From the IMG/VR virus record IMGVR_UViG_3300024955_000001, positions 4,579 through 68,578 of that record: a stretch of DNA of 64,000 nucleotides; one strand, 5' to 3'. A program made the position numbers and the translations under genes. Positions 25,945-34,346 of this stretch are shown here, in pieces (position 1 is the stretch's first letter; each line of letters starts with the position of its first letter). The stretch is from a virus. The notes below the pieces were generated by a model that did not search any database, was not told where the DNA came from, and was given only the letters and a program-made list of their open reading frames with translations.

Positions 25945-26349
25945 TTAAAGCGAGTAGATCTTCAACGGGCCGTTGTCAAACTGGGGCGAAATGTCGCCGC
26001 CGTTGGTGGACAGCGGGAAGCCCGTCACCTCATCGATGTAGAAGATGAGGGGCGACGTGCCCGCCACGCCGGTGTCTTTGTAGATCACCAGTGCCTTGGC
26101 GGTGCTGCCCGCAGCGATGGAGGCCCACACAGGGTCATCTGCATCGAAGGTGCCATTGGCCACCACTTTGTTTGCAAGCGTCTGGTTGGTGCCGATAGTG
26201 TTGGCGCCCAGGTCCGAAAGGAACTCGTGCACATCCAAAGATGGGGCGTAACCAATGCCGACCAGAGCAACCTTGAAGGGATCAGTTGCGAAATTGATTT
26301 GGGCCGTGAGGATGCGGTTCTTCCCCTTGGTGTAAACGTCGTTGGCCAT
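25945..26349 (-). CDS. hypothetical virion protein
   Basis: 134 aa, in the structural operon. Confidence 0.5.
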   Translation of the reverse strand: MANDVYTKGKNRILTAQINFATDPFKVALVGIGYAPSLDVHEFLSDLGANTIGTNQTLANKVVANGTFDADDPVWASIAAGSTAKALVIYKDTGVAGTSPLIFYIDEVTGFPLSTNGGDISPQFDNGPLKIYSL

Positions 26350-26405
26350 GGTGCTTCCTCCGATGGAAATAATGGATAGATGTGTCAGTCAGCCGCGCGC
26401 AGGGC

Positions 26406-27101
26406 TCACGGCAGAATCGCCTCGTTGTGGTGCGGGACATCCTCACGAGTGACGCGGCGCATGTCGCTGTCCGGCATCGGGCCAAAGTACGCGGTGAACG
26501 CGCGCTCGGCCTTCTCCGCGCGCACTGGGTCGTACACCTCGGAATCGGGTACGCTGAAAGCCCGGTGCAGAGCCCACTGAATCAGGTGCTCGTGGTGCGC
26601 GGCATGGATCTCGGGGGAAGCGGTATCGTTGTCGGCGGTCAGCTTCTTGAGAGGAAGGCGGTAGGCCTCAATGGTCAGCGTGCCGTCCTCACCTGGCACC
26701 GGCACGATGCGCACCGAAGTGTCGTTTTGCACCAGGTAGCGCTGCTCATCCCGGGTGTACTGCCAGTCGTCAGCATCGCGCCACTCCGGGTAGTTGGCGT
26801 CCAGCCACTCCCGCGACTTGAGCGAGAACTTGCAAGGGCGCCCACCTGCAGCGGCGGGACGGAAGCCGGTACGCACCAGCTCGTACACCGTGGGGTGCAG
26901 CTTGTAGGTATGGCGGCCAGCTACGACCGCCACCTCACAAATGGCCGGGTTTGCATCCTCCACCAGCAGGCGGCCACGCACGGCGGCTTGGGCCTGGGCA
27001 TCGTTCAGCCAGTCCGTGATGTCTTCGTCAGACCACAGGTACGGCTTCACTTTGTCTTCCGCCAGAACGCGGAAGCGGCGGATCAAATCGGCCAGCGTCA
27101 T
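26406..27101 (-). CDS. head-tail adaptor/connector candidate
   Basis: 231 aa. Lies downstream of the capsid/decoration genes. ATGA overlap with the upstream gene. Confidence 0.4.
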   Translation of the reverse strand: MTLADLIRRFRVLAEDKVKPYLWSDEDITDWLNDAQAQAAVRGRLLVEDANPAICEVAVVAGRHTYKLHPTVYELVRTGFRPAAAGGRPCKFSLKSREWLDANYPEWRDADDWQYTRDEQRYLVQNDTSVRIVPVPGEDGTLTIEAYRLPLKKLTADNDTASPEIHAAHHEHLIQWALHRAFSVPDSEVYDPVRAEKAERAFTAYFGPMPDSDMRRVTREDVPHHNEAILP

Positions 27102-27565
27102 CAGTTGAGCCCGCCCTGCACCAGCGCTGTGACCTGGTTGCGCAGGTCATCGGCCTTGTCCTTCATGTCCAGCTTCACGCCGTAGTTCGCCTTGGCGAAG
27201 TCCGACAAGGCGTTCTTGGTCATGTGCGACACCTCCAGCAGCGTCGCCTCGATCTGCTCGCTGGCCTGCTTCTCGCGCAGCAGCTGCTCGGTGGTTGCCT
27301 TTTGGGCCTGGGCCAGTGCAGCAGCGTTGTCGTCCTTGCTGTCATCGGTCTTAGAGGTCGGCTCCGTGCCCGCCTTGTCGGACTTCTCAGCCTTGGCGGC
27401 CTTCTTGGCGACAGCGGGCACGCGCTTGAACTCCAGGTAGCGCATCAGCAACTTGGCATCCACCTCGGACACCAGCTTTTCCTCGCCCGGCTCCCAAGCG
27501 TTACGCATGGGGGTACGGTCGGTGTACGGGGATGTGCCCTCGTAGCGGATCAACTCAAATTTCAT
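27101..27565 (-). CDS. hypothetical head-associated protein
   Basis: 154 aa with a central K/A/D-rich linker. Confidence 0.5.
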   Translation of the reverse strand: MKFELIRYEGTSPYTDRTPMRNAWEPGEEKLVSEVDAKLLMRYLEFKRVPAVAKKAAKAEKSDKAGTEPTSKTDDSKDDNAAALAQAQKATTEQLLREKQASEQIEATLLEVSHMTKNALSDFAKANYGVKLDMKDKADDLRNQVTALVQGGLN

Positions 27566-27574
27566 TGGAGCCTC

Positions 27575-27604
27575 CAGAAAAGGAGACAGGCCGGTTTCCC
27601 GGCC
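27575..27604 (-). terminator. attenuator-like hairpin after decoration gene
   Basis: GGCCGG-GAAA-CCGGCC (27589-27604) followed by UGUCUCCUUUUCUGG on the minus strand. Confidence 0.35.
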
Positions 27605-27613
27605 CGCCGTTCC

Positions 27614-28093
27614 TTACTTCACGCCTTCGGCAATGCCGTAGATCACGACTTCGATTTCCGAAGCCTTGTCGTTGCCCACCGTCTTGACGGTCAGCAGCAG
27701 ATTGGCATCCTTCGGCAGGACGATGCTGGGGTTGGTGGTCGCATTGCGCAGACGGGCTGCGGTGGCGATAGCCAGGCCGGCGCCGAAGTAGTCCGCGTCC
27801 TGCGGCACAGCGGCGTCATCCACTCCGTCCTTGTAGGCAAAGCCCAAGTCGCCGGTGGCAGTGGCCTTCATGCCCGTCACCACAGTGACCTGGCTGTCAA
27901 TGAAACGGAAACCGGAGGGCAGATGGCCCAGGTTCACGATGTCATTGGCAGCAATGGCCGCAGTGGAGTCGGAGTTGATGACGGCGCCAGTAGCGCCGGT
28001 TTTGACGACATAGCGCAGCGCCGTGAGATTGCCCCAGGGCGTATTGCCCAGGTGTACGCCGTAGCCGACGCTCTTGACTTTGATGGTTGCCAT
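27614..28093 (-). CDS. head decoration / minor capsid protein candidate
   Basis: 159 aa, beta-rich, immediately after the major capsid gene and followed by an attenuator-like hairpin. Confidence 0.45.
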   Translation of the reverse strand: MATIKVKSVGYGVHLGNTPWGNLTALRYVVKTGATGAVINSDSTAAIAANDIVNLGHLPSGFRFIDSQVTVVTGMKATATGDLGFAYKDGVDDAAVPQDADYFGAGLAIATAARLRNATTNPSIVLPKDANLLLTVKTVGNDKASEIEVVIYGIAEGVK

Positions 28094-28128
28094 GGGTGGC
28101 CTCCGTTCTTGAATTGAGGGGGATGGGG

Positions 28129-28151
28129 GCGGGGCGCACGTGGCGCCCCGC
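28129..28151 (-). other. 9-bp GC hairpin immediately downstream of major capsid gene
   Basis: gcggggcgc-acgtg-gcgccccgc with no U tract. Possible mRNA stabiliser or processing site. Confidence 0.35.
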
Positions 28152-28159
28152 GTGGCCTA

Positions 28160-29455
28160 TCAGCGTTCGCCCGGGATGAGCTTCACCACGGTGTCGATGG
28201 CCATAGGGCCGATGTCGGTCCAGTGCTTGGTACCGTCGCCCTGGTCCACCGCAAAGCGCACCTTCTGCAGGCCCTGGATCACGCCGATCATCAGTTCGCG
28301 CTTGTCCTTGTGGTCGAAGGTTTCTTCGTTCCAGAAGAACGGCATGCCCGACAGGCCAGAGGCCGCGAAGGCTTGCATCAGCGACTGACCGCCCAGCAGG
28401 ATCGCGCGGTCCACCGCGTGGGTGTTGGTGAACGACGCAGGCACCACGCACGAGCTTTCAGCTTCCGAGGTGAAGCTGTTGGCGTAGCGGATGGTGTTGC
28501 CCGCATAGAAGCGCACCGGCTTGGGCTGCTTGAGCAGCAGAATGCCGTTCCACAGACCAGCCTCGCCCAGGAACAGGGGGTGACGCTTCGCGTTCGATGC
28601 GCGGTTGAGGGCCGCCACCTGGAACTTGCGGAAAGCATCGTCCTGCGAGAAGGCGTGGTACTGCGCTGGGGACAGCAGCAGAGCGCGCAGAGGCTCATCC
28701 TCGGCAGCCACGTCGCCGGGAATCTTCACGGCGGGAGGTGGCATCGCAATGGACTCGATGAGCGTGCGGATCGCGTCCACCACGGTCATGTTCAGGTCGT
28801 CAGTGGTTGCCAGCGATGCCTCGCCAGCGTTCACGGTGAAGGCCTTGACGCCGTTGGTGCCGTCCGCCATGTAGTGGCGGTTCTTGGTGGGAACCTTGAC
28901 CGGGTTCACCAGCAGCTCAGCGAACTCGGGATCTTCCTCGGTGGGCAGGCGCCACTCGATGTTGTCGTGGAAACCACGAGCACCGGCCAAGTGGGTCAGG
29001 ATCGACTGGTCGAGGTAGGCGTTGGCATCGGCCTGCGCCACTGGGCGTGCCAGCTTGGTGAAGTCCACAGCCGAACGCAGGTTCGTCATGGTGTCGCCCA
29101 GCTTCACGGGGATACGCGCCTGGTCAACGCGGGTGCGGGCCTTGTCGTACGCGAAGCCCTTGCCCTTACCCTCGGCCATGCGCGAGCCCATGATGGGGCG
29201 GCGCTTCGACGGCTGAACGAAGTGGAATTCCACCTCGTCACCCATGCCGCGAGACAAATCCATGCACTTCACGATGGGGAAATCGGAGCTGGACTGCTTG
29301 CGGATCATTTCCGCGACCTTGCCCTCGCCCTTGGGCAGAGGACCGGAGAGTTGGCCAAGGCGCGACAGGCGGTTTTCGGCCAGGGCAAACATGCCGGCAG
29401 ACTGGACAAACTGCGCCTTATCGGAACCGGCCGGTACGTGGCTGTTCATGGTCAT
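28160..29455 (-). CDS. major capsid protein (DUF4043 / N4-gp56-like by recollection)
   Basis: Start set to ATG 29455 (MTMNSHVPAG), 5 nt after AAGGAGG (ORF-track start is TTG 29470). 431 aa. Follows the scaffold gene, and a strong GC hairpin lies downstream. Confidence 0.7.
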   Translation of the reverse strand: MTMNSHVPAGSDKAQFVQSAGMFALAENRLSRLGQLSGPLPKGEGKVAEMIRKQSSSDFPIVKCMDLSRGMGDEVEFHFVQPSKRRPIMGSRMAEGKGKGFAYDKARTRVDQARIPVKLGDTMTNLRSAVDFTKLARPVAQADANAYLDQSILTHLAGARGFHDNIEWRLPTEEDPEFAELLVNPVKVPTKNRHYMADGTNGVKAFTVNAGEASLATTDDLNMTVVDAIRTLIESIAMPPPAVKIPGDVAAEDEPLRALLLSPAQYHAFSQDDAFRKFQVAALNRASNAKRHPLFLGEAGLWNGILLLKQPKPVRFYAGNTIRYANSFTSEAESSCVVPASFTNTHAVDRAILLGGQSLMQAFAASGLSGMPFFWNEETFDHKDKRELMIGVIQGLQKVRFAVDQGDGTKHWTDIGPMAIDTVVKLIPGER

Positions 29456-29512
29456 AGTGACCTCCTTCAATGGGACGGGGGCGGCTCATCACGAGCGGCC
29501 CGGTTTCAAAAA

Positions 29513-30556
29513 CTAAACGGCGTTCATCACGCGCTCGATCTGCTCGGGCGACATGTCTTGCATGCGCTCCAGGAGCGCATTGGGGTTGGTACCGGCCGAA
29601 GCCAGAACCTGTTGGGCGATGTCCTGGTGCTGCTCACCCGCGATCTCCGACAGCGAGTTGGGGACGCGGCGTTGCACCTCCGGTGCCTTGCCCTTGTCCT
29701 GAGCGGCAGGCGCTGCGGCCATACCGGTCTGCGCCTTGAACGTGTCAAAAACTTCGATAACTTGCGCAGCAGTGCCGCCCGTTTCCGGGTGGAGCACCGC
29801 ATCCACGGCGCCGCGCTGGAAGCCCGGCAAGCCGTTGACCCAGGCCTTGAACTCAACCGACTGCACGATCTCGTTGGCATCGGGATGCTTTTCGTAGATC
29901 GCGCCGTAGTGCTCGTCCTTGACCTCCTTGGCCTCGCGGTCCTTGATAGGCTTCAACTCGCGGGCGGCTTCTTCGCGCAGCTCGGCGCGAAGTTCCTCAC
30001 GCAGCTCCTCGCGGGTGCGCCCCATCAGGGCGGCGATGCCCTTGGCGATGCCTTCCTCCGAGAAGTCACCGAACAGGGATGCATCCACACCCTGCCCCAT
30101 GGCGGTCTTCGCGGCTTCAAGGTTCTGGTCGGCCTGGGTCTGCGCCTTCCCGGCATCCGCTCGGGCTTGGGCTTTGTCCTCGGCCTGTTCCAGGTTCGCC
30201 TGCTGCTTGGCGTTCAGCTCAGCCAGCTGTGCGCGCAGGGACTCGTTTTCACCTTCCAGAGACTTCACGCGCTCGCGTGACTGCTCCAACTTCTCGTAGG
30301 GAATGGTGTAAGCGCCAGACTTGCTGGCAATCGGCGCGCCCTTGGGCTCGTCGTCTTCGGTGGTACCAGCGCCGCCCGTGGCCTTGCCCTGGTCAGCCGC
30401 GCCGGTCTTGGCAGCATCCGCTGCGCCTTCGGCGTTGTTGTCCTTGGGGTCTTCCTGGGTGGTCGTGGTGGTGGTCGTACCTTCGCCAGCGCCATCGTCA
30501 TCCAACGACTCGCCGCTGAGGGCCTTTTCAAGAAGTTCGGCAGGTGTGAGTGCCAT
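29513..30556 (-). CDS. scaffolding protein
   Basis: 347 aa, very acidic, A/E/K/Q-rich and helical. Lies directly upstream of the capsid gene. Confidence 0.65.
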   Translation of the reverse strand: MALTPAELLEKALSGESLDDDGAGEGTTTTTTTQEDPKDNNAEGAADAAKTGAADQGKATGGAGTTEDDEPKGAPIASKSGAYTIPYEKLEQSRERVKSLEGENESLRAQLAELNAKQQANLEQAEDKAQARADAGKAQTQADQNLEAAKTAMGQGVDASLFGDFSEEGIAKGIAALMGRTREELREELRAELREEAARELKPIKDREAKEVKDEHYGAIYEKHPDANEIVQSVEFKAWVNGLPGFQRGAVDAVLHPETGGTAAQVIEVFDTFKAQTGMAAAPAAQDKGKAPEVQRRVPNSLSEIAGEQHQDIAQQVLASAGTNPNALLERMQDMSPEQIERVMNAV

Positions 30557-30750
30557 TTGCTGCGTGCTCCATCCCAGCTATCCGGCTGGGCCTGACTGGG
30601 CATGCGGTCGAGGGTTGGCCAGGGCCATCGCCCCGGCTTTCCGCTCTCCTGCTGCGGGATATGCGCCGCTTCACAGCGGTGCGGTTTCGCCCGGCGCTTC
30701 ACAGCGGGGGGCTTGGAACAAGTATTCCCAGGTGTGGCAAAAACCCTCTG

Positions 30751-30762
30751 CCCTATGCTGGG
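30751..30762 (-). repeat. late-region motif copy (minus: CCCAGCATAGGG)
   Basis: Just downstream of the internal terminator, at the head of the ~195-nt scaffold leader. Confidence 0.6.
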
Positions 30763-30768
30763 TAGGCG

Positions 30769-30794
30769 CAAAAAAGCCGCCTCAGTGGGCGGCT
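30769..30794 (-). terminator. intrinsic terminator inside late operon (before scaffold leader)
   Basis: Minus-strand RNA AGCCGCC-CACUGA-GGCGGCU + U6. Lies 23 nt after the stop of the 96-aa membrane-protein gene. Confidence 0.65.
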
Positions 30795-30816
30795 TTCTGG
30801 GGTTCGCGGTGGGCGC

Positions 30817-31107
30817 TTATGTGGACGGGCACATACGCCACAGCGGGGTCACGTTTGGGCGCTCGCGTTTGGCCATGCGCATGATGAAGGCCTTGGCCGC
30901 CACCAGCTTCACGCGCGGCTTGTCCTGGCTCGGGCTTGCCCGCTGCACTTCCACACTCATGCGGAAGCCATCGAGCACGAAGTCCCAGGCGCGGTGCACG
31001 GCGGCCACCACGTAGTCGCGAGAGGCAACGGCAGCCGAAACGAAGGCACCGGCTGCGGCTACGCAGGCAATGGCGGCGATGGCGAAAAGGCGAGAAGTGC
31101 GGGACAT
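30817..31107 (-). CDS. small membrane/secreted protein
   Basis: Start set to ATG 31107 (MSRTSRLFAIAAIACVAAAGAFVSAAVA...) with AGGAG 8 nt upstream. 96 aa. Followed by an intrinsic terminator. Confidence 0.5.
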   Translation of the reverse strand: MSRTSRLFAIAAIACVAAAGAFVSAAVASRDYVVAAVHRAWDFVLDGFRMSVEVQRASPSQDKPRVKLVAAKAFIMRMAKRERPNVTPLWRMCPST

Positions 31108-31201
31108 AGCTGGAACTCCTGTGATGGTGCCGTGGCTGCGGCGAAACCCTGACCGTTGCGGGTAGGGCCTCATGGTCAAGCCACGGCGCCGGATCGCTGC
31201 G

Positions 31202-31213
31202 CCCTATGCCGGG
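31202..31213 (-). repeat. late-region motif copy (minus: CCCGGCATAGGG)
   Basis: Contains the TAG stop of the 77-aa gene. Confidence 0.6.
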
Positions 31214-31437
31214 CGGCGACCACAGATGCGCAGCGGGTACACATCCACAGTGACCTGCACATCGTTGTGGTCACGCACGTGGCAGATTGCGCGGCCTGGC
31301 TGAATGGTCCCTGCGCGGAAGTCCATGCGGTTGACCAGCTCCTGCAGCGCGTCATTGACGAATGGAGCGACGTGCGCCCCCTCGGTGCTACCGGTCACTG
31401 TCACGTCAATGCTCAGACGCAGTTCGGGGCCCATCAC
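31204..31437 (-). CDS. hypothetical protein
   Basis: 77 aa. ATGA overlap with the upstream gene. The stop TAG lies inside a CATAGGG motif copy. Confidence 0.5.
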   Translation of the reverse strand: MMGPELRLSIDVTVTGSTEGAHVAPFVNDALQELVNRMDFRAGTIQPGRAICHVRDHNDVQVTVDVYPLRICGRRPA

Positions 31438-31973
31438 TTTGCGCTCCCAGCCTTGCGGGCGGTCTTCGCAGCGGGCGTTACTTCCTTCTTGCCCGAAACG
31501 AGTGTCAGCACGGCGGGCGGTACCGCGACGGTGATGATTTCCGAGTAGGAATGCTCCATGAAGCGCTCGTACACACAGACCATGAGGCCATCGTCATCCA
31601 GCCCGGCTGCCACCATGTCTTGCTTGCCGCCAACGATGCGCACGGGCTTGCCCACCAAATCCACAAACTGCTGCGCGTCCTGGTCGTTCACCTTGGCGAG
31701 AATGGAGCGCAGGGCACCAACTTCTTCTTTCAGCTCGGCTACGAATTGCAGAGAGCCCGCCTCTACGTTGGCTGCGTTGCGCTCCAGGTCATCAATACGA
31801 CGCTCGACGCCTTTCACGCGCTCCGACAGGGCATCGGCAGACTTGATCGCACCCTGGTACGACTGAACCAGTCTGTCGCGCTCGCTGATGGCGCGACTCA
31901 TGGCGGCATTGATGACGCTGTTCACCTTCTCCTCGATAGCTTCGAGGCTGGGCGTTTGTGGATTGGGTGGCAT
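31434..31973 (-). CDS. coiled-coil hypothetical protein
   Basis: ATG 31973 (MPPNPQTPSLE) with AGGAG 5 nt upstream. 179 aa. Confidence 0.55.
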   Translation of the reverse strand: MPPNPQTPSLEAIEEKVNSVINAAMSRAISERDRLVQSYQGAIKSADALSERVKGVERRIDDLERNAANVEAGSLQFVAELKEEVGALRSILAKVNDQDAQQFVDLVGKPVRIVGGKQDMVAAGLDDDGLMVCVYERFMEHSYSEIITVAVPPAVLTLVSGKKEVTPAAKTARKAGSAK

Positions 31974-32030
31974 GAACACTCCTGGGTTGATGAGGGTTCG
32001 ATGCTCAGTGCCACCCTAGGAATGCCATAG

Positions 32031-32042
32031 CCCTATGCCGGT
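32031..32042 (-). repeat. late-region motif copy (minus: ACCGGCATAGGG)
   Basis: Starts 6 nt after the portal stop. 58 nt upstream of ATG 31973. Confidence 0.55.
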
Positions 32043-32047
32043 CGGAC

Positions 32048-34336
32048 TCACTGCGGCAGATTGTCGGCAAGGGCGGGTGTCTCGATCCCCTGCATGCCCT
32101 GCCCTGCCTCTTGTGGCACGGGCGGGAATTCCGGGCTGGTGTTCTCGCGCACGGCTGGCGCACCCTGCGCCTCGGCCTCTGGCGAAGCCGCAGCACCGCC
32201 ACCGCCCTGGATGTATGGGCTCTTGATGTTCATGGCGGCCGTAACGTCCGGGGTAGGGAAATTCGGGTCCACGCCACCGGGGTTGGGCGGCTGGTATCCA
32301 GCGCCCTGCATCACCTTGTCCGCTATGGGCGCGATCATTGGCATCTGCGCCACTTGCGCTCCTGCTTGCATAGCAGAGAACGCAGCTTGCACGCCGGTTT
32401 GCACCGCTTGGGCCATCAGCTGCTTAATGCGCGCATCGCTCTCGGCCTCCTTCATGGCCACCTCGCGCTCCTTGAGGTCGTGCATCAGCTCCTGCTTGAC
32501 CTGGTTACGGATGGCCTCGGGATCGGCTTGGCCCTGGGCGTTGCGGATGGCCTCCACCACTTCCTTCTTGCGGGGCAAGTCCATCAGGTCGATCATGAAC
32601 GGCATCACAACCTGCTGGATCTCGGGCGTGGCGGCCTTGATCGACTCGGACAGCGCGTTGAGCTGCTGGGCGCGGAAGCTGGAGGAGCTGGGCACATCCT
32701 CCAATGCAACCTTGAGGCGCGTGCGCTGTACGTCATTGCTCAGGAGCACGATGTTGGTGTGCGGGTCCACCTCGGGGCTGTTGAGCACCACCGTGCGCGG
32801 TGGGTTGAGCACGTCGCCCTCGATCACCACCACCGTTTCCTCCTTGCCGATGTCTTCAATGATGAGGGCCGTCAGCATTTCGCCCACCAGCGCACGGGAG
32901 TCCTTGAAGTTGTCCATGAGGTCGGCCAGCGACACCTGGGACTGCTCCACCTGGGTCTGCTCCTGCACGCCGCTGGTGGCCGTGCCTTGCTGGCCCTGGA
33001 ACGACGGTGTGACGCCCGACACACCAGCAGCAGCCGCGCGCGAGTCCTGCATGAGCTGGAAGTGCTGCGCGTTGAGCTGGAAGTCGCGGTTGCGCTCGAA
33101 CTTCGCCCCTGGCTGCCCCATGTGGTCGGCGTCGAGCACAAAGTCTGCATCCACCCGGGATGCCATCTGCCGGAATTGCGCATCCGGCATTTTCACGGCG
33201 CCCTTGGTGCGGATCGTCTCCACCGCCGACATGCCCCAGCGCAGCTTGGAAATCGTGCTGTTGAGGTTGTCCTGCGGGAAAAGCATGTCGCGCACCAGCC
33301 CGAAGGGGATGCCGGTCAGGTCTTCCTGGGCGGCGATGACGCGCACATAGGGGAAGTGCGGATGTGGGTACGGGCTCGGGCCATCGAACAGGCAATGCGG
33401 GCCCATCCAGTAGCTGCGGCGCACCACGGGCAGCAGTTCCTCCACCAGCTTGCCACGGCCCAGCGACAGGGCTGCTTGGTGCAGCTGATTGGCCGGGTCG
33501 TACTTCACCGCGCGCCCGTCCTTCATCTTGAGCATCACGGTCGTCACCCAGCGCCGGTACCACAGCTCCGTGATACAGACGGTCTTGTTTTCCTCGTTGT
33601 AGTAGGCGTCCTCCACCGTGGTCCACGCCCGGTGTGCCTCGGCGGCAGCGTGCAGGCCGGTGGACTGTCCGCCCTCCAGCTCCTGGATGCCGAACTCCGC
33701 GATCCACTTGTCCGCCCCGTTCATGATGATCGTGGCGTGATCGCGGAACATGCGCGCGGCGCGGGTGCGGCTGATCCAGCGGCGGCGGAAGAGCCAGCGA
33801 GCGTCCGACAGATCGGGCTCGATGGCCTTCATGTCCCACCAAATCTCGTTGCGGTGGATGTAGCGGCACTTGTAGGGGAACTCCAGCGAGTTGCTGGCGC
33901 GCGCAACCTCGACCCAGCCGATGCCCACAGCGCAGGCAGGCTTGAACGCAGCCGACAACGCGCGATCCGCCTTGGAGTGGCGCTCGGCCTGGTTCAGCTT
34001 GAAGTTCAGCGCATCGGCCACGTCCTGGCCGCCCGGGTCGCCGTCCGGCGTCACGCGCCAGTCGGTGCGCGTCTTGGCCTCCATGCCGCACACGGCGCGG
34101 ATGGCGGGGCCAATGATGTTTTCCTTGGCGGGCGGGATGCCCATGTCCTTCAGCTTGCGCAGCAGCTCAGTGCTCAGCTGGTTGCCATCGGCGTAGTCAG
34201 CCTCCTTGTCGGCCTGGGCGCGCCATGGCGGCTGGGCCAGGCTCTCGCGCACGATGGAGGCGAACTCATCACGGGTGATGGGCTCGTCCCGGCCGTCCTG
34301 CAGCTCGTAGTTTGTGAGGGGTTGGGTAGCGTTCAT
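32048..34336 (-). CDS. portal protein
   Basis: Start set to ATG 34336 (MNATQPLTNYEL), 10 nt after the terL stop. 762 aa. Canonical position after terL, with a Gly/Ala/Pro-rich C-terminal tail. Confidence 0.75.
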   Translation of the reverse strand: MNATQPLTNYELQDGRDEPITRDEFASIVRESLAQPPWRAQADKEADYADGNQLSTELLRKLKDMGIPPAKENIIGPAIRAVCGMEAKTRTDWRVTPDGDPGGQDVADALNFKLNQAERHSKADRALSAAFKPACAVGIGWVEVARASNSLEFPYKCRYIHRNEIWWDMKAIEPDLSDARWLFRRRWISRTRAARMFRDHATIIMNGADKWIAEFGIQELEGGQSTGLHAAAEAHRAWTTVEDAYYNEENKTVCITELWYRRWVTTVMLKMKDGRAVKYDPANQLHQAALSLGRGKLVEELLPVVRRSYWMGPHCLFDGPSPYPHPHFPYVRVIAAQEDLTGIPFGLVRDMLFPQDNLNSTISKLRWGMSAVETIRTKGAVKMPDAQFRQMASRVDADFVLDADHMGQPGAKFERNRDFQLNAQHFQLMQDSRAAAAGVSGVTPSFQGQQGTATSGVQEQTQVEQSQVSLADLMDNFKDSRALVGEMLTALIIEDIGKEETVVVIEGDVLNPPRTVVLNSPEVDPHTNIVLLSNDVQRTRLKVALEDVPSSSSFRAQQLNALSESIKAATPEIQQVVMPFMIDLMDLPRKKEVVEAIRNAQGQADPEAIRNQVKQELMHDLKEREVAMKEAESDARIKQLMAQAVQTGVQAAFSAMQAGAQVAQMPMIAPIADKVMQGAGYQPPNPGGVDPNFPTPDVTAAMNIKSPYIQGGGGAAASPEAEAQGAPAVRENTSPEFPPVPQEAGQGMQGIETPALADNLPQ

Positions 34337-34346
34337 GGTCGTCGCC

